Positions 18,044 through 28,105 of a stretch of 64,000 nucleotides of DNA are shown piece after piece; positions within the stretch are counted from its first letter, which is position 1; every line of letters starts with the position of its first letter. The stretch covers positions 4,217 to 68,216 of IMG/VR virus record IMGVR_UViG_3300028573_000017. One strand, 5' to 3'. The position numbers and the translations under genes are program-made. This stretch comes from a virus. The notes below the pieces were generated by a model. It did no database searches. It saw only the letters and a program-made list of their open reading frames with translations, and was not told the DNA's origin.

Positions 18044-18340
18044 TCACTTGTCCTTTTCGGCCGCTTCGCGGGTTTCCTGATGTACTTCCTCGCGGCCAAG
18101 AGCCTTTCCCTCGGCCAGACCTTTATCGCCGGCCAGTTGTTCGATTTTCCCCATTATGCCGTCGGTATGGGTCTTTACTTCTTCGACGGTCGACTTGACG
18201 GCAGTCATGTCGGTTGCGACGGCGGCGATTGCCGTCGAGTTCTTGCCAGACCGTATGGCCGACCACAGCCCGACCAACGCCACCCCGACCAGTGCCATGC
18301 CGTTGATCAGGGCAATGATGATCAGTGTGAGGTTGTCCAT
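18044..18340 (-). CDS. Single-TM protein
   Basis: N-terminal TM and coiled coil. Confidence 0.6.
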   Translation of the reverse strand: MDNLTLIIIALINGMALVGVALVGLWSAIRSGKNSTAIAAVATDMTAVKSTVEEVKTHTDGIMGKIEQLAGDKGLAEGKALGREEVHQETREAAEKDK

Positions 18341-18343
18341 GGC

Positions 18344-18811
18344 TCATGCGGCTTTAGCGGCCGGCGGCACGATCGTGGCCGCCTCACCGGCCGGAGGCTT
18401 TACCGGCGCGAGAACGTAGGAGACGTTGGTATCCGGATCCTTCTGAGCCGCGTGGACAATCTCGTCGTTCAGGTGCTTGACGACATCGGCCTTCGACGGC
18501 GGCACGATGTAGACCAGCGCCGCACCCACGGCCGACGCGATGTACATTTGCAAGGCGTCGATGCTGACACCGAAGTTCGCGGCGAACGTCACCAGGTCGA
18601 AGTGCAGCCAGTGCTGCAGACCCCAGATCAGCGCCCACGCGACGATGCCGCCGATGCCGCCGGCTAGAAACTTGCGCGGCGGGATCCAGCTATTGACTCC
18701 GGACGAGCCTGGTTCGGATGCAGGCACCGTGAGCCCGGCCGTAGCGCCGGCTTTGAGCATGGTCGCGGCTTGCGTCTCGGTCGGAACCGGGCGCGGCGCT
18801 TCGTCCGTCAT
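18344..18811 (-). CDS. Two-TM holin-like protein
   Basis: P.RKFLAGG..; second TM ending YIVPPS. Confidence 0.6.
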   Translation of the reverse strand: MTDEAPRPVPTETQAATMLKAGATAGLTVPASEPGSSGVNSWIPPRKFLAGGIGGIVAWALIWGLQHWLHFDLVTFAANFGVSIDALQMYIASAVGAALVYIVPPSKADVVKHLNDEIVHAAQKDPDTNVSYVLAPVKPPAGEAATIVPPAAKAA

Positions 18812-19035
18812 GTCAGCAGCCCTCCAACAACGTCGCCGCCCTTGGCCGGCAACTGAGCCTCGTAATAGTCGATGACGTCTTTCATCGACCTGGTGAAAGC
18901 GGCGGTCAGGTCGGCCTCCGCATGGAAAAAGCGCACCGGGAAGGTCCAGGAGAACACCTTCCCGTTTGTCAGCGTCTCGGTGACGACGTGCGCACCCGAT
19001 CCGTCCGACTTGATGGTCAGGTCCTTGAGCGGCAT
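18808..19035 (-). CDS. Hypothetical protein
   Basis: Coupled ORF. Confidence 0.5.
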   Translation of the reverse strand: MPLKDLTIKSDGSGAHVVTETLTNGKVFSWTFPVRFFHAEADLTAAFTRSMKDVIDYYEAQLPAKGGDVVGGLLT

Positions 19036-19039
19036 CGGA

Positions 19040-19345
19040 TCACTTCACGAAATGGCCGGTGACGCGGACGCCGCGGACGATCACGGTGATGTCGCCGGAC
19101 GGCTTGGCGAGCGACTGGATGCGAGCGGCGCCGAAGGTGGTCGGCTTGGCCAGCACGGCATCGCATATCGCCTGGGCGATGGCGATTGGCTGGGTGAGCT
19201 TCGGCGATGCGTTGAGGACGTTAGCGATCGCCGCCGCCGTCGGCAGGAAGCCGCAAATCTTCACGGCATCGGCTTGGACGGTTCCGGCTGAGTTACAGCC
19301 GGCAAGCATAACGACGGGAGCCAGAGCGAGAAGAGCGAGACGCAT
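19040..19345 (-). CDS. Lipoprotein (possible spanin component)
   Basis: Lipobox LAGC; additional Cys pair. Confidence 0.7.
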   Translation of the reverse strand: MRLALLALAPVVMLAGCNSAGTVQADAVKICGFLPTAAAIANVLNASPKLTQPIAIAQAICDAVLAKPTTFGAARIQSLAKPSGDITVIVRGVRVTGHFVK

Positions 19346-19389
19346 GGAGGCGGTTTCCTTTCATGGTCGCGGCCCGCAGAGGGTATCGC

Positions 19390-19428
19390 AAAATAAAAGG
19401 CCGCAGACTGTGCCTGCGGCCCGTTTTA
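19390..19428 (-). terminator. Rho-independent terminator
   Basis: GGCCGCAG-N7-CTGCGGCC stem flanked by an A-tract (U-tract on the - strand). Confidence 0.7.
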
Positions 19429-19451
19429 CGCGAGAACTGGTTGAAACGCTA

Positions 19452-20090
19452 CTACGGCCCTCCGGGCTGTCCCGGAAGGGGCTGGTTAGCCGGCTGGCCG
19501 TTCTGCCCGTTGTAAGCGAACGCGCCCGCGTTGGACGTGCCCTGGGCGGTGGTGACGGTCACCCTGCCGCTACCGCCGGCCGGAACCTTGGCGACAATCG
19601 TGGTGTCGTTCGGTACCGAGAAGTCGGTCGAGGCGACGGCCGAGCCGCCGAAGTCAACCGATTCGGCTCCGGTGAACGCCTTGCCGGTGATGGTGACGCT
19701 ATCGCCGACGTTGCCCGAGGTGGGGTCGATGCCGGTGATGAACGGGGTCGGGAGATTGTCCACGGGCGCCGGATTGATCGGGGTGCCGTCCGCCGAGATA
19801 GCCGAGGTGATGTCGGCGAGGTCGTTGTGGAACTTGACGTGCAGATCGTCGATCTTGGCCTGAACGTCCGCCGGGACGCCGGGGTTGCTGCCGAGCGCCT
19901 GAAGCTCCGCAAGCAGCGCGCCGGCAAGGTGAATGAGCTGTACGGTACCGTCCTTGAGGGAGGCTTCGTCGGTTTCGATGTCGTCGATGCTGGCCATAAT
20001 TCCCGTTTCCTTCTGTTCGATGGAGATGAGGCGGACGAGAACACGCCGCAACAGGGCCTCGATCCGGTCAAGCTGACGATGTTCAAACAT
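19452..20090 (-). CDS. Coiled-coil plus IPT/TIG Ig-like domain protein
   Basis: PFITGIDPTSG..GDSVTITG..F.GA..V.FG...TI.A.VP.G..G.VTVTT. Confidence 0.8.
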   Translation of the reverse strand: MFEHRQLDRIEALLRRVLVRLISIEQKETGIMASIDDIETDEASLKDGTVQLIHLAGALLAELQALGSNPGVPADVQAKIDDLHVKFHNDLADITSAISADGTPINPAPVDNLPTPFITGIDPTSGNVGDSVTITGKAFTGAESVDFGGSAVASTDFSVPNDTTIVAKVPAGGSGRVTVTTAQGTSNAGAFAYNGQNGQPANQPLPGQPGGP

Positions 20091-20132
20091 GAGAGCGTGG
20101 CTTTACCACAGTTCTCATCAACGCGCGAGGGA

Positions 20133-23100
20133 CTACTTTGTGCCTGCCCTGAGCGGTGCCAGCTTGGCCGCCGTCGCGTCGCGCGGGATGTGCGGGTACT
20201 TTGCCATCAGCACGCCGATCGCCGCCTCCCGCGCCTGCCGGAACTGCTCCTGCAGGGTGTCGTGCTTCGCCTCAAGCGAAAGCGTCTGCCAGTCCGGTGA
20301 CCGCACGATGACGTCGAGCTGGTGCTTGGCCAGCCGGCCGGCGAGCCGCGCGTAGTCGTCGTATTCCTGCGGGGTGAGGGTGACGCCGCGCACCTTCTTG
20401 TCAACCGCCGCCGGGAAATAGTTGTTTCTGAGCAGCGCCTGGGTCGTCGGGTCGTTGTTCACCTTCTGCATGTAGATCGCGGTGAAGTCGCCGATGCCGC
20501 GGAGATTGGGCAGCGGCTCGCCCCATATGTCGCGCCGGGGCAGCAGCGTCTCGGACAGACCGGGCACCTTGTTCTTGATCGCGTCCATGATGGTGCGCGC
20601 CTGCCGAGAATAGGGGTCCGACTGGCGGGCGAGTTGCGCCAGGCCGACCGAATAGGGCACGAACGACGCAATGAAGTTGCGGATGTACGACTGCCCGTAG
20701 CGACCGGGATCCTCTACCGCCTGCATCAGTTGGGCGGGCCCGCGCATGAAACTCTCGTCGAGCACGTTCTGGGTGAAGCCGTGCATCAGCGCGGCGCCGG
20801 CCGTCTGCAGGTCGCCCTCGATCGCCGCATGGGCGACGTCGTACATATCGGCCGAGATGCTGGCGAGCATGCCGAGCGGGCCGAGGCGGTTCATCTGGTA
20901 CCAGGTATTGCCGATCTTGATGCTGTGGGCCTGATTGCCGGCGAGCCGCCACACCGCCGCCTTGTTCGGATCGGACGGGCCGGAGCCGCTCACCAGTCCC
21001 TCGCCGGCGAGAGTGCCAAAGGCGACGGACAGACCGGTTCCGACCAGCATCCGCGCCATCGCCATGTCCTGCGCGATGTTGCCGTTCTTGCCCATGATGT
21101 CCGCGCGTATCTCGCGGGAGAGCAGCCCGACCGGAGTGCGCTGCACAATCGACTGGTCGATGATGTTGCCGCCGATGTGAACGAACGGATCGATGAACTT
21201 CAGGATCGGCATGCCGAGAATGCGCGTGTTGGTCAGCCGGCTGAGCGCCTGGACGAAGGCGCTGCCCTTGCCCATGAGGGTGAGATCGGTCGCGATCGTG
21301 CGCGCCGCGGCCATCGTTTCCGGCGCCGGGTTCTGGCGTAGGTCGGCGACGCGAGCCTCGAAGGCCGGACCCTGCAGCCCTTCCTCCGCCGCCTGGCGGA
21401 AGACCATGGCGTTCTTGGCCATCGAGTAGTTGACCGTCCGGAAGAAGCTGTGGATGGCCGCGATAAACCGGCTGGGCAGGCGGGCGAGCGTCCCGACCGG
21501 CAGTATCGGCACGCCATGGATCGCAACGTCCGGAATGGCGCCGAGCGGCGAGTAATTGAGGCCAAGGAGTGGCGCGCCCGGCTCGCCGCCGGCGCCGATC
21601 AGCGTCCCGGTCGAGATGATGCCGTCGCGGATGCCGCGAGCCGCGCCAAAGAGGCCGCTGCCAAGGTCGGAATATCGGAACGCCTCGTCGATCGCCGCTC
21701 CGGGAACGCCGCTGGTGTTGGGCTGGAACGGCAGCGCCCGAACCTTCTCGCCGGGGAGCAGCGTAGTTACGCCGGTGCGGAAGGCATCCACCGCCGCTTT
21801 CAGCGCCGACGGTATCGAGCGCCCGGCCGCCGCCAGTTGCTCGCGCACCTCGCCGAGATGAACCACCTCGCCGGTGCGCCCGCCCGCCCGTCGCGCCGCG
21901 CCAATGAGCGCCGCAACGCCGGTCTCGGGAACCGCCTTCTCGAGCGCGAGGATGGTATTGCCGACGGAATAGGTGATGTGGGTGGTCGGGCCTGAGATCA
22001 GGCCGTTGATCCAGTATTCGAGCAGCATGTCCCAGAAGCCGCGCTTGCGGGAATCGCGGACGAACTTCGACACGCTCTCCGGATCGCCAAGCAAGGAGCC
22101 GAGTTTCGCTTCGGCCCGCAACTGGAACAGGGTGCGCGCGGTTGCAGTGCGAAGGAACTGGTCGACGCCGGCCGCCTGCGTCTCGCCGATCAGCGAGCGG
22201 AACGCGCGGAGAGCTCGCCCGGCTTCGGCCGTCAGTCCGGCCACCTGTGCCTGAATCATCTGGTGACGGGCCTTGGCACGGGCATACTCGAGCACGTCTT
22301 CATCGGTTCCGGCGGCCGCCTTCTTCATGGCATCGGCGGTCGTCGTCGCCGATTGCAGCAGGAGTTTACGCGCGGCAACCACCTGCTCCGCGTTGAACGC
22401 CTCGCCCAGCCGCCGCTGCGACAGTTGCGCCGCGTCCATGCCGAGGGCGTCGGCGAGGTCGAGAACCTGCCCGTCCGTGATGACGCCACGACGGTCGCCG
22501 ATGAAATCGTTGTTGGCGTTGGCGGCGTCACGGATCGCCTGTGCGACTTCGGTCAGGTTGGTAAGGTTGTCGATCCGAATGTTTCCGGCTTTGTCGACGA
22601 GGGGGCTTTCCCGGGCGTCGAACCGGTTGGCTGGCTCTGGGGCAAGGGGTTGAGGCCGAGCATTTTCAGAAGCGCCGGGTCGCTGAGACCGTAGTCCGGC
22701 TCCAGGCTCTTCTCGTCCTGCGCCTCCAGTCCCTCCTGATACGCCAGCGCCTTCTTCCACGCGCGGGCCGCCGCCTTCGACGACTGCGCCACGTTCGTCG
22801 CCACCGCCGACGCCTGGGGCGAGAGGCCCGGGCTCGTTGCCACCGCCGCCCACCTCTGGCTGTCCGCCTCCGCCTGCGCCACTTTCTCCGGCAGGCTCGG
22901 TTCCGGCTGCGGCTTGTCTTGCTGCTTCGGCTTTGGCGATTTCATTTTGCACCTCCGGCGGCTGGTCGGCCAAGTATCGATCGCGTTCGGCCGCTATCCG
23001 GTCGCCGATGCCGTGGGCTTCCGATGGATGGGCCTCGGCAGCATCGGCCGCGTGAATGGCGGCAAGGGAAACGTTGGCCTCGCGCTCCGGTGCGACCACC

Positions 23101-26100
23101 GTGCGCTGCGGCTCCTCGGCCAGCAGGCGGTCGAACACGCCGCGAATGTCGTCGCTGATCGGGGCACCGAGACCCTTGATGGTCTGGTAGATCGAGGTCA
23201 GCCATGACTTGAATTGGGCGAAGACGCGGGCGAGCGCGGACGACGGCGCCACGCCCTCGCGCATGTACTGCTCGAAGCCGCGAGCGAACTTCTCGTGTTG
23301 CGCGGTCTTCAGGGGCGCGTCTTTCTCCGCGCCTATCCAGCGCTCGGCCGTTCGCGCGTCGGCGATGATCTGATCGCTGGCGGCCGGGTGCGCTGCGTCA
23401 CGTCGCAGTTCTTCGAGCCACTGATGCCCGACTTCGTGGATGAGGGTCGACGCGTCGGCCTCGGCGAACATCTTGATGATCGGGCGGCGGCCTTCGGCGA
23501 GGGTGATCGAGCCTTTTTTCGCTGGCTGAAACAGTTCGCGCTGGGCACGGTCGGCAAACAGGCCACCGGCCTGCTCCTCGACGGGCGCCTGTCCGCCCTT
23601 GCGCATCATCGACTGCCGGGCGCGCAATGCGGCCTCCGCGCGCTGGCGCTCGGACCGCACCTGCCGAGCGGCCTCCTCGCGGGTAAGCGCCTCGGCACCG
23701 GGGATGACCAGTTGCGGCAGTCCCTCGGCACCCGGCTCCTCCGGCTGCTTCTCCTGAAACAGTTCCGTCTCTACAGGAGCGGGCTGTCCTTCGCGCTCTC
23801 CTGCTGCGCCAGGCTCAACGCTGCCAGCGTTTGGCCTTGCGTCCAAGCGTCCTTCAATTGCTGACCGGACAGCCCCAATGAATTCACGGGCGGCTTCTCC
23901 GGGCTTGAGCTCCCCGGCTTTAAGGCGGCGGGCGACGGCGCTGAGGGCGTCGCTGACCGGGCCCGCGTGGAATGCGAGCGAGGTGAGGCTTTCTGTGGCT
24001 TTTTCATCGGCGGTCAGCCTTCCTACGTTTGCCTGCTGGTCGAGTACGTTTTCGCCGACGCCGTGAATTCGCTCGGCCTCGTCGACCAGAGTGCGGAATG
24101 CGTTCTTGTCCTTGCGGAGTTGCTTCAGCGCCTCGTCGGCGATCTTGGCGCGCTCGAGGACGATGCTGTTGGCGAACGACTCCTCGCCGAACAGGCCGCC
24201 CTGCCGCGTCTCCGGCGTAGTGCCCGACGCGAGCATGTCCTTCACGATCATCTCGGCCTGGGTAACGTTCTCCGGCTTGGTGGCGTTGAGCACGCGCACG
24301 GCTTCCATCTGCTGTGCCGGATCGGCGACCAGACGCCCGATGATGGCAGCGTGTGAGGCTGGGATAACCCCGTTCACGGCAGCGCCGAAGGCTTCCGGCG
24401 ACAGGCGGGCGAGTGCCTTGCCCTCACGTACCAGCGTCGAACGCGGCGGCAGAGGGGGCAGTTCGATGCCCGATTCCGCAGCCGCGCGGAGCACCTTCGC
24501 CGCGTCTATCGAGGTTCCGGTGCCCTCAGCAATGTTCTTGACGCCTGCAATGGCGCGGGCAGCCGCCTCCGTCATCCCCTGCTTGGCGTCGAGCACGAAC
24601 GCATTGAGTTTGATGCCGGGCTGATTCGCGCTGAGGCGCTTGGCGAGTGCAAGGCGCTGATGGCCGTCGGCGATCCAATCCTTGCCGTTCACGTCGCGGA
24701 AGACCAGCGCGGTGCCGGCCAGCCGTGGGTCCCACTTCTCGACGCCTTGCAGGCGCTCGGTGACGCCGTGTTCGTTGCCGCCGGATTTGAACTGGAAGCG
24801 CTTGGCGTCGACGCCGATGGTAGCCGGATCCAGCGCTTCGATGCCGCCCTCGGATACGGCTGACGGCTGCGCGGGCGCTTGTGGAGCGGCTGGCGGTTCG
24901 ACAGGTGCGGTCGGCGGTGCTTCGGCGACCGGCTGCGGTGCGGGCGCCTCGGGTACCGGTTGTGGCGCCGGGACGGCAGCCGGAGTGGCCTGTGCCGCTG
25001 GTGCCTGCTCGGCTGGTGCGGCAACAGGCGGCGGCGCCGACTTACGGATGGCCGCCACTTCCTGCTCGCTGACCTTGCGGCCGTAGAGCGTCGAGATTTC
25101 CGCGTCCGACATTCCGGCGGCGATCGTGCGCTCGACCGGCTTAAGCAATCCCTGAGCGGCCGCCTTGGCGCGGGCAGCGGCACCGTCGGCCGGTTCCGGC
25201 GTCCGCGACGGCAGGTTCGGCTCGGCCACGGTCGGCATGAGCGGGGCCTTGCCGCCGGCCCGGATGATCGGCCCTTCCGACTCGAAGAGCGCCAGCGGTC
25301 CGCCGATTGCTCCCTGCATGCGGGCGGCGCGGGTCTTGTAGCGCTGGGCGATCAATTCCGCGTTGGCGCGGGCTTCCTCCGGCGGGCGACCAGCGGCGAT
25401 CAACTGGTCGTTGACCGTCTTGGCGATCGCGTCGACCTGCGTCTGGATGCTGCCCGGCGCGTGGTCTGCCCTCTTGGCTTGCGCTGCTAGTTCCTTTGGA
25501 AGAGTGAACTCCGCGTTTGTAGCTGCTCCCGCCGTGTTGACGTACTTTGACGCCTGTTCCGTAGGAATATCGACATACGAAAGATCGCCTCCGTAGGCTT
25601 TGCGGAACGGCAGCGCGAGCCCCGGCAGGTCGTTGGTGAATTGCGGGTTCTGTCCCGTCTCCCCGGGCCGGTTGCCGCGCCATAGACGGGTCATGCCGGC
25701 GGCTGGCGGCGGCAGGTTTCGGTTGATCTCCTCGGCGTCGCGCCGGAACTGCACAATTGGCGCTTCCTTCGGCTGAGCCGCTCCCGCTTGAGGCGTAGGC
25801 GCCGCTGCCTCGCGGATGGCCTGCGTAGCGGCCTCGGTGCGGTCCAGTGCCTCGTGATCGACCGTCTCGGTGTTGGCCGCGTCCGCCGCGCGCCGGTATG
25901 CCGCCGACAACTGCGGCACCATGTCGCGCATGGCAACGTCCGTTTCCATCACCTTTTGCCGCAGCGCGGTCATTTCCGGGGTGTCCGCGCCTTGTCCGGT
26001 CGAAAACGCCTTCTGCCGCTCGGTCAGTTCGTTGACCTCCGCCTGGGCATCCCTGACCTGTGCGCGGAGCGCGCGAGCCTCATGGCCGCCTGTGTAGCCA

Positions 26101-27398
26101 CCACGACCGGCCACATGTTCGTCCAGACGGGCCTGCAGCCCCGCCAGCCGCTCGGTGGCCGTCTGCACCGCCTCGGCCGGTGGATTGGCCAGCGACGCCA
26201 GTTGCGAGCGCAGGGCCTCGCGCTGGGCCGACAGGGCGTCATAAGCCTGAAAGGTCTCCGGCTCCATGCGTCGGGCAACCGCGTGCACGTCCGGCTCGAT
26301 CGGCTGCGGGCGGAGAAGCGCACTCTCGGTACGGGCGGCGTCCTGTGCCGTCATGGCCGATTCGGGGGACTGCGCGTGCGACCCCATGAACACGTCTTCG
26401 GTAATCCCGGCGCCCATCACCTTGGCGTCCGCGGCCTGGGCGACGGTCAGTGGTTCCTCGCCGACGGGCGCGGTCGGTGGCTTATACCCGGGGAGGTCTT
26501 CGACGCGGGTGGCGAGCGGTTCGGTCGGCACGTTCGCGCGGAATGGCTCGCCGCCAAGCCAGCGAAGGGCGTCACCGCCGACGTGCGCAGCGGATGAACC
26601 AGCCCCGACGATTGCCTTGCCCAATCCCATCGGCTCGTTGAAGATCAGGCCGAACCCGGTCGCAATGGCGACATGCGCCCAATCAACCGAGTTGCCGCCC
26701 TGCACCTCGTTCGCCGTCTCCATGCCGCCCATCATGGCGCCGCCGAACAGGCGTGCGGTCAGTGGGTTGGCGACGATCTTCTGCCAGGCTGTCGCATTCT
26801 CCGGCAGCGCCTTTGCCGCCATCGAGAAACTTCCCGGACGCATGGCGAGCGCGTAGGGCACGAGGCCGCCAAGGAATGATGCGGTCGGGTGGTATTCCTG
26901 ATCGAGTTGCTGCTGGCGATCGCTGACGCCGAGGGCGTCGACCCACGACTCCGGCAGTTGATGCAGGACCCAATTCTGAACATCGGAAACTGCTCTAGCC
27001 CCTAGTATGCCGCCTGCAACGGCACCGGTGAACCCGCCGATAAGACTTCCCCACGGTCCGGCCACACTACCGATTTCGGCACCAGTCTCTGCTCCGTAAC
27101 CGGCCGCCGCCAAACTTCCGGCTCCTGGAAGGGCACCAAGCTCCATCCCGTGCACGAAGCTGGTCGGGTTGGAAGTCTGCTCCTCCGGCGTCGTCAGAAT
27201 GTCCTTGAACGGGTCGGTGCCGTTATTCTTCTCGAACGCCTGCGCGGGCGTATCCTCGCCGGCCGGGCGCGCGGGAGCGCCGGTGCCGAGGAGGTCGGCA
27301 AACGGGTCCGGCCCGTCCGGTCCCGGCGGAGCGGTGGGCGCCGAAGCCTGTGCGTCGTCTGGAGGTGGCCGGCCGATGCCGGTAAAGCCGGTGGGCAT
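20133..27398 (-). CDS. Giant internal virion/ejection polyvalent protein (2421 aa; ART-like, ParB-like, zincin and C-terminal LPD-type regions)
   Basis: TRLWRG; IADGHQRL; ASTLIHEVGH..HEKFARGFEQY; position after the nozzle and internal genes. Confidence 0.8.
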   Translation of the reverse strand: MPTGFTGIGRPPPDDAQASAPTAPPGPDGPDPFADLLGTGAPARPAGEDTPAQAFEKNNGTDPFKDILTTPEEQTSNPTSFVHGMELGALPGAGSLAAAGYGAETGAEIGSVAGPWGSLIGGFTGAVAGGILGARAVSDVQNWVLHQLPESWVDALGVSDRQQQLDQEYHPTASFLGGLVPYALAMRPGSFSMAAKALPENATAWQKIVANPLTARLFGGAMMGGMETANEVQGGNSVDWAHVAIATGFGLIFNEPMGLGKAIVGAGSSAAHVGGDALRWLGGEPFRANVPTEPLATRVEDLPGYKPPTAPVGEEPLTVAQAADAKVMGAGITEDVFMGSHAQSPESAMTAQDAARTESALLRPQPIEPDVHAVARRMEPETFQAYDALSAQREALRSQLASLANPPAEAVQTATERLAGLQARLDEHVAGRGGYTGGHEARALRAQVRDAQAEVNELTERQKAFSTGQGADTPEMTALRQKVMETDVAMRDMVPQLSAAYRRAADAANTETVDHEALDRTEAATQAIREAAAPTPQAGAAQPKEAPIVQFRRDAEEINRNLPPPAAGMTRLWRGNRPGETGQNPQFTNDLPGLALPFRKAYGGDLSYVDIPTEQASKYVNTAGAATNAEFTLPKELAAQAKRADHAPGSIQTQVDAIAKTVNDQLIAAGRPPEEARANAELIAQRYKTRAARMQGAIGGPLALFESEGPIIRAGGKAPLMPTVAEPNLPSRTPEPADGAAARAKAAAQGLLKPVERTIAAGMSDAEISTLYGRKVSEQEVAAIRKSAPPPVAAPAEQAPAAQATPAAVPAPQPVPEAPAPQPVAEAPPTAPVEPPAAPQAPAQPSAVSEGGIEALDPATIGVDAKRFQFKSGGNEHGVTERLQGVEKWDPRLAGTALVFRDVNGKDWIADGHQRLALAKRLSANQPGIKLNAFVLDAKQGMTEAAARAIAGVKNIAEGTGTSIDAAKVLRAAAESGIELPPLPPRSTLVREGKALARLSPEAFGAAVNGVIPASHAAIIGRLVADPAQQMEAVRVLNATKPENVTQAEMIVKDMLASGTTPETRQGGLFGEESFANSIVLERAKIADEALKQLRKDKNAFRTLVDEAERIHGVGENVLDQQANVGRLTADEKATESLTSLAFHAGPVSDALSAVARRLKAGELKPGEAAREFIGAVRSAIEGRLDARPNAGSVEPGAAGEREGQPAPVETELFQEKQPEEPGAEGLPQLVIPGAEALTREEAARQVRSERQRAEAALRARQSMMRKGGQAPVEEQAGGLFADRAQRELFQPAKKGSITLAEGRRPIIKMFAEADASTLIHEVGHQWLEELRRDAAHPAASDQIIADARTAERWIGAEKDAPLKTAQHEKFARGFEQYMREGVAPSSALARVFAQFKSWLTSIYQTIKGLGAPISDDIRGVFDRLLAEEPQRTVVAPEREANVSLAAIHAADAAEAHPSEAHGIGDRIAAERDRYLADQPPEVQNEIAKAEAARQAAAGTEPAGESGAGGGGQPEVGGGGNEPGPLAPGVGGGDERGAVVEGGGPRVEEGAGVSGGTGGAGREEPGAGLRSQRPGASENARPQPLAPEPANRFDARESPLVDKAGNIRIDNLTNLTEVAQAIRDAANANNDFIGDRRGVITDGQVLDLADALGMDAAQLSQRRLGEAFNAEQVVAARKLLLQSATTTADAMKKAAAGTDEDVLEYARAKARHQMIQAQVAGLTAEAGRALRAFRSLIGETQAAGVDQFLRTATARTLFQLRAEAKLGSLLGDPESVSKFVRDSRKRGFWDMLLEYWINGLISGPTTHITYSVGNTILALEKAVPETGVAALIGAARRAGGRTGEVVHLGEVREQLAAAGRSIPSALKAAVDAFRTGVTTLLPGEKVRALPFQPNTSGVPGAAIDEAFRYSDLGSGLFGAARGIRDGIISTGTLIGAGGEPGAPLLGLNYSPLGAIPDVAIHGVPILPVGTLARLPSRFIAAIHSFFRTVNYSMAKNAMVFRQAAEEGLQGPAFEARVADLRQNPAPETMAAARTIATDLTLMGKGSAFVQALSRLTNTRILGMPILKFIDPFVHIGGNIIDQSIVQRTPVGLLSREIRADIMGKNGNIAQDMAMARMLVGTGLSVAFGTLAGEGLVSGSGPSDPNKAAVWRLAGNQAHSIKIGNTWYQMNRLGPLGMLASISADMYDVAHAAIEGDLQTAGAALMHGFTQNVLDESFMRGPAQLMQAVEDPGRYGQSYIRNFIASFVPYSVGLAQLARQSDPYSRQARTIMDAIKNKVPGLSETLLPRRDIWGEPLPNLRGIGDFTAIYMQKVNNDPTTQALLRNNYFPAAVDKKVRGVTLTPQEYDDYARLAGRLAKHQLDVIVRSPDWQTLSLEAKHDTLQEQFRQAREAAIGVLMAKYPHIPRDATAAKLAPLRAGTK

Positions 27399-27580
27399 CA
27401 GCGCCCTTTATTAGGTGGTCGTTTCAGCGGCGGACGCGGTGTTTCCAAAGGTACCACGCCGACTTGTCCCATCTCACGGATTACGACAGATCGTTTCATA
27501 AGCGCAAATAGGTCGGGCTTCGACAGCCAGCCCGGCGCGTCTGCGGGGGAAACAATGCGATGGATTAGGCGCGGGGTCAT
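27398..27580 (-). CDS. Small cargo ORF
   Basis: RBS AGGAGG; TGATG coupling to the giant gene. Confidence 0.55.
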   Translation of the reverse strand: MTPRLIHRIVSPADAPGWLSKPDLFALMKRSVVIREMGQVGVVPLETPRPPLKRPPNKGR

Positions 27581-27593
27581 GGCAGCCTCCTAC

Positions 27594-27851
27594 TCAGCGC
27601 ACTCTATTAGACGGCCATTTCATTGGTGGTTTCGGTTCTACTGATGGGGCTAAAAATGTCACTTCTTCTGGACGAATATGCAGGGCGCCTTCCGCCAACG
27701 TTTCAAGGCGCTGCCTTTCCATTGCCCGGTACACCGCCTTTGCCACATAGTCTGCACTATTCTCCAGACCGCCGGGGTTGACGTACTCCTCCAAGCAATC
27801 CGTGCCGGCCCGCGCCATCTCACTGGTGATTTTTGTATCATTGTCTCTCAT
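27594..27851 (-). CDS. Small cargo ORF
   Basis: ITSEMARAG...VYRAM motif; RBS GGAG; lower GC. Confidence 0.6.
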   Translation of the reverse strand: MRDNDTKITSEMARAGTDCLEEYVNPGGLENSADYVAKAVYRAMERQRLETLAEGALHIRPEEVTFLAPSVEPKPPMKWPSNRVR

Positions 27852-27872
27852 AAGTATTACTCCGTTACACGA

Positions 27873-28089
27873 TTAAGGGGTGAAATCTCCAAGCGGTCGG
27901 TTCGGATCGAATGGCGGAGCCGCTGGCGGGGGACGGGCTGGCGCGGCTGCGGGCGGCGGAGCGGCGGCGACCGGCGCGGAGGAGGTCGGCAAACGGGTCC
28001 GGCCCGTCGGGTCCCGGCGCAGTGGCCGCCGGTGGTGCCGGAGCCTCTGCTGTGTCAGTTCCCGGAGGTGGCCGACCGATGCTTACCAT
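27873..28089 (-). repeat. Chimeric duplicate: 5' end of the 2421-aa gene joined to the 3' end of the 1162-aa gene
   Basis: 27981-28089 resembles 27290-27398 (IGRPPP..PGPDGPDPFADLL). 27873-27987 resembles 28928-29039 (PFDPNRPLGDFTP* vs PFNPNQPLGDFTP*). Confidence 0.9.
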
Positions 28090-28105
28090 CGGCGCACTCT
28101 ATCGC

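Noticed and set aside
27865-28089. 74-aa ORF as a functional gene
   Set aside because: It is an out-of-frame chimera of two gene ends and is treated as a recombination scar.
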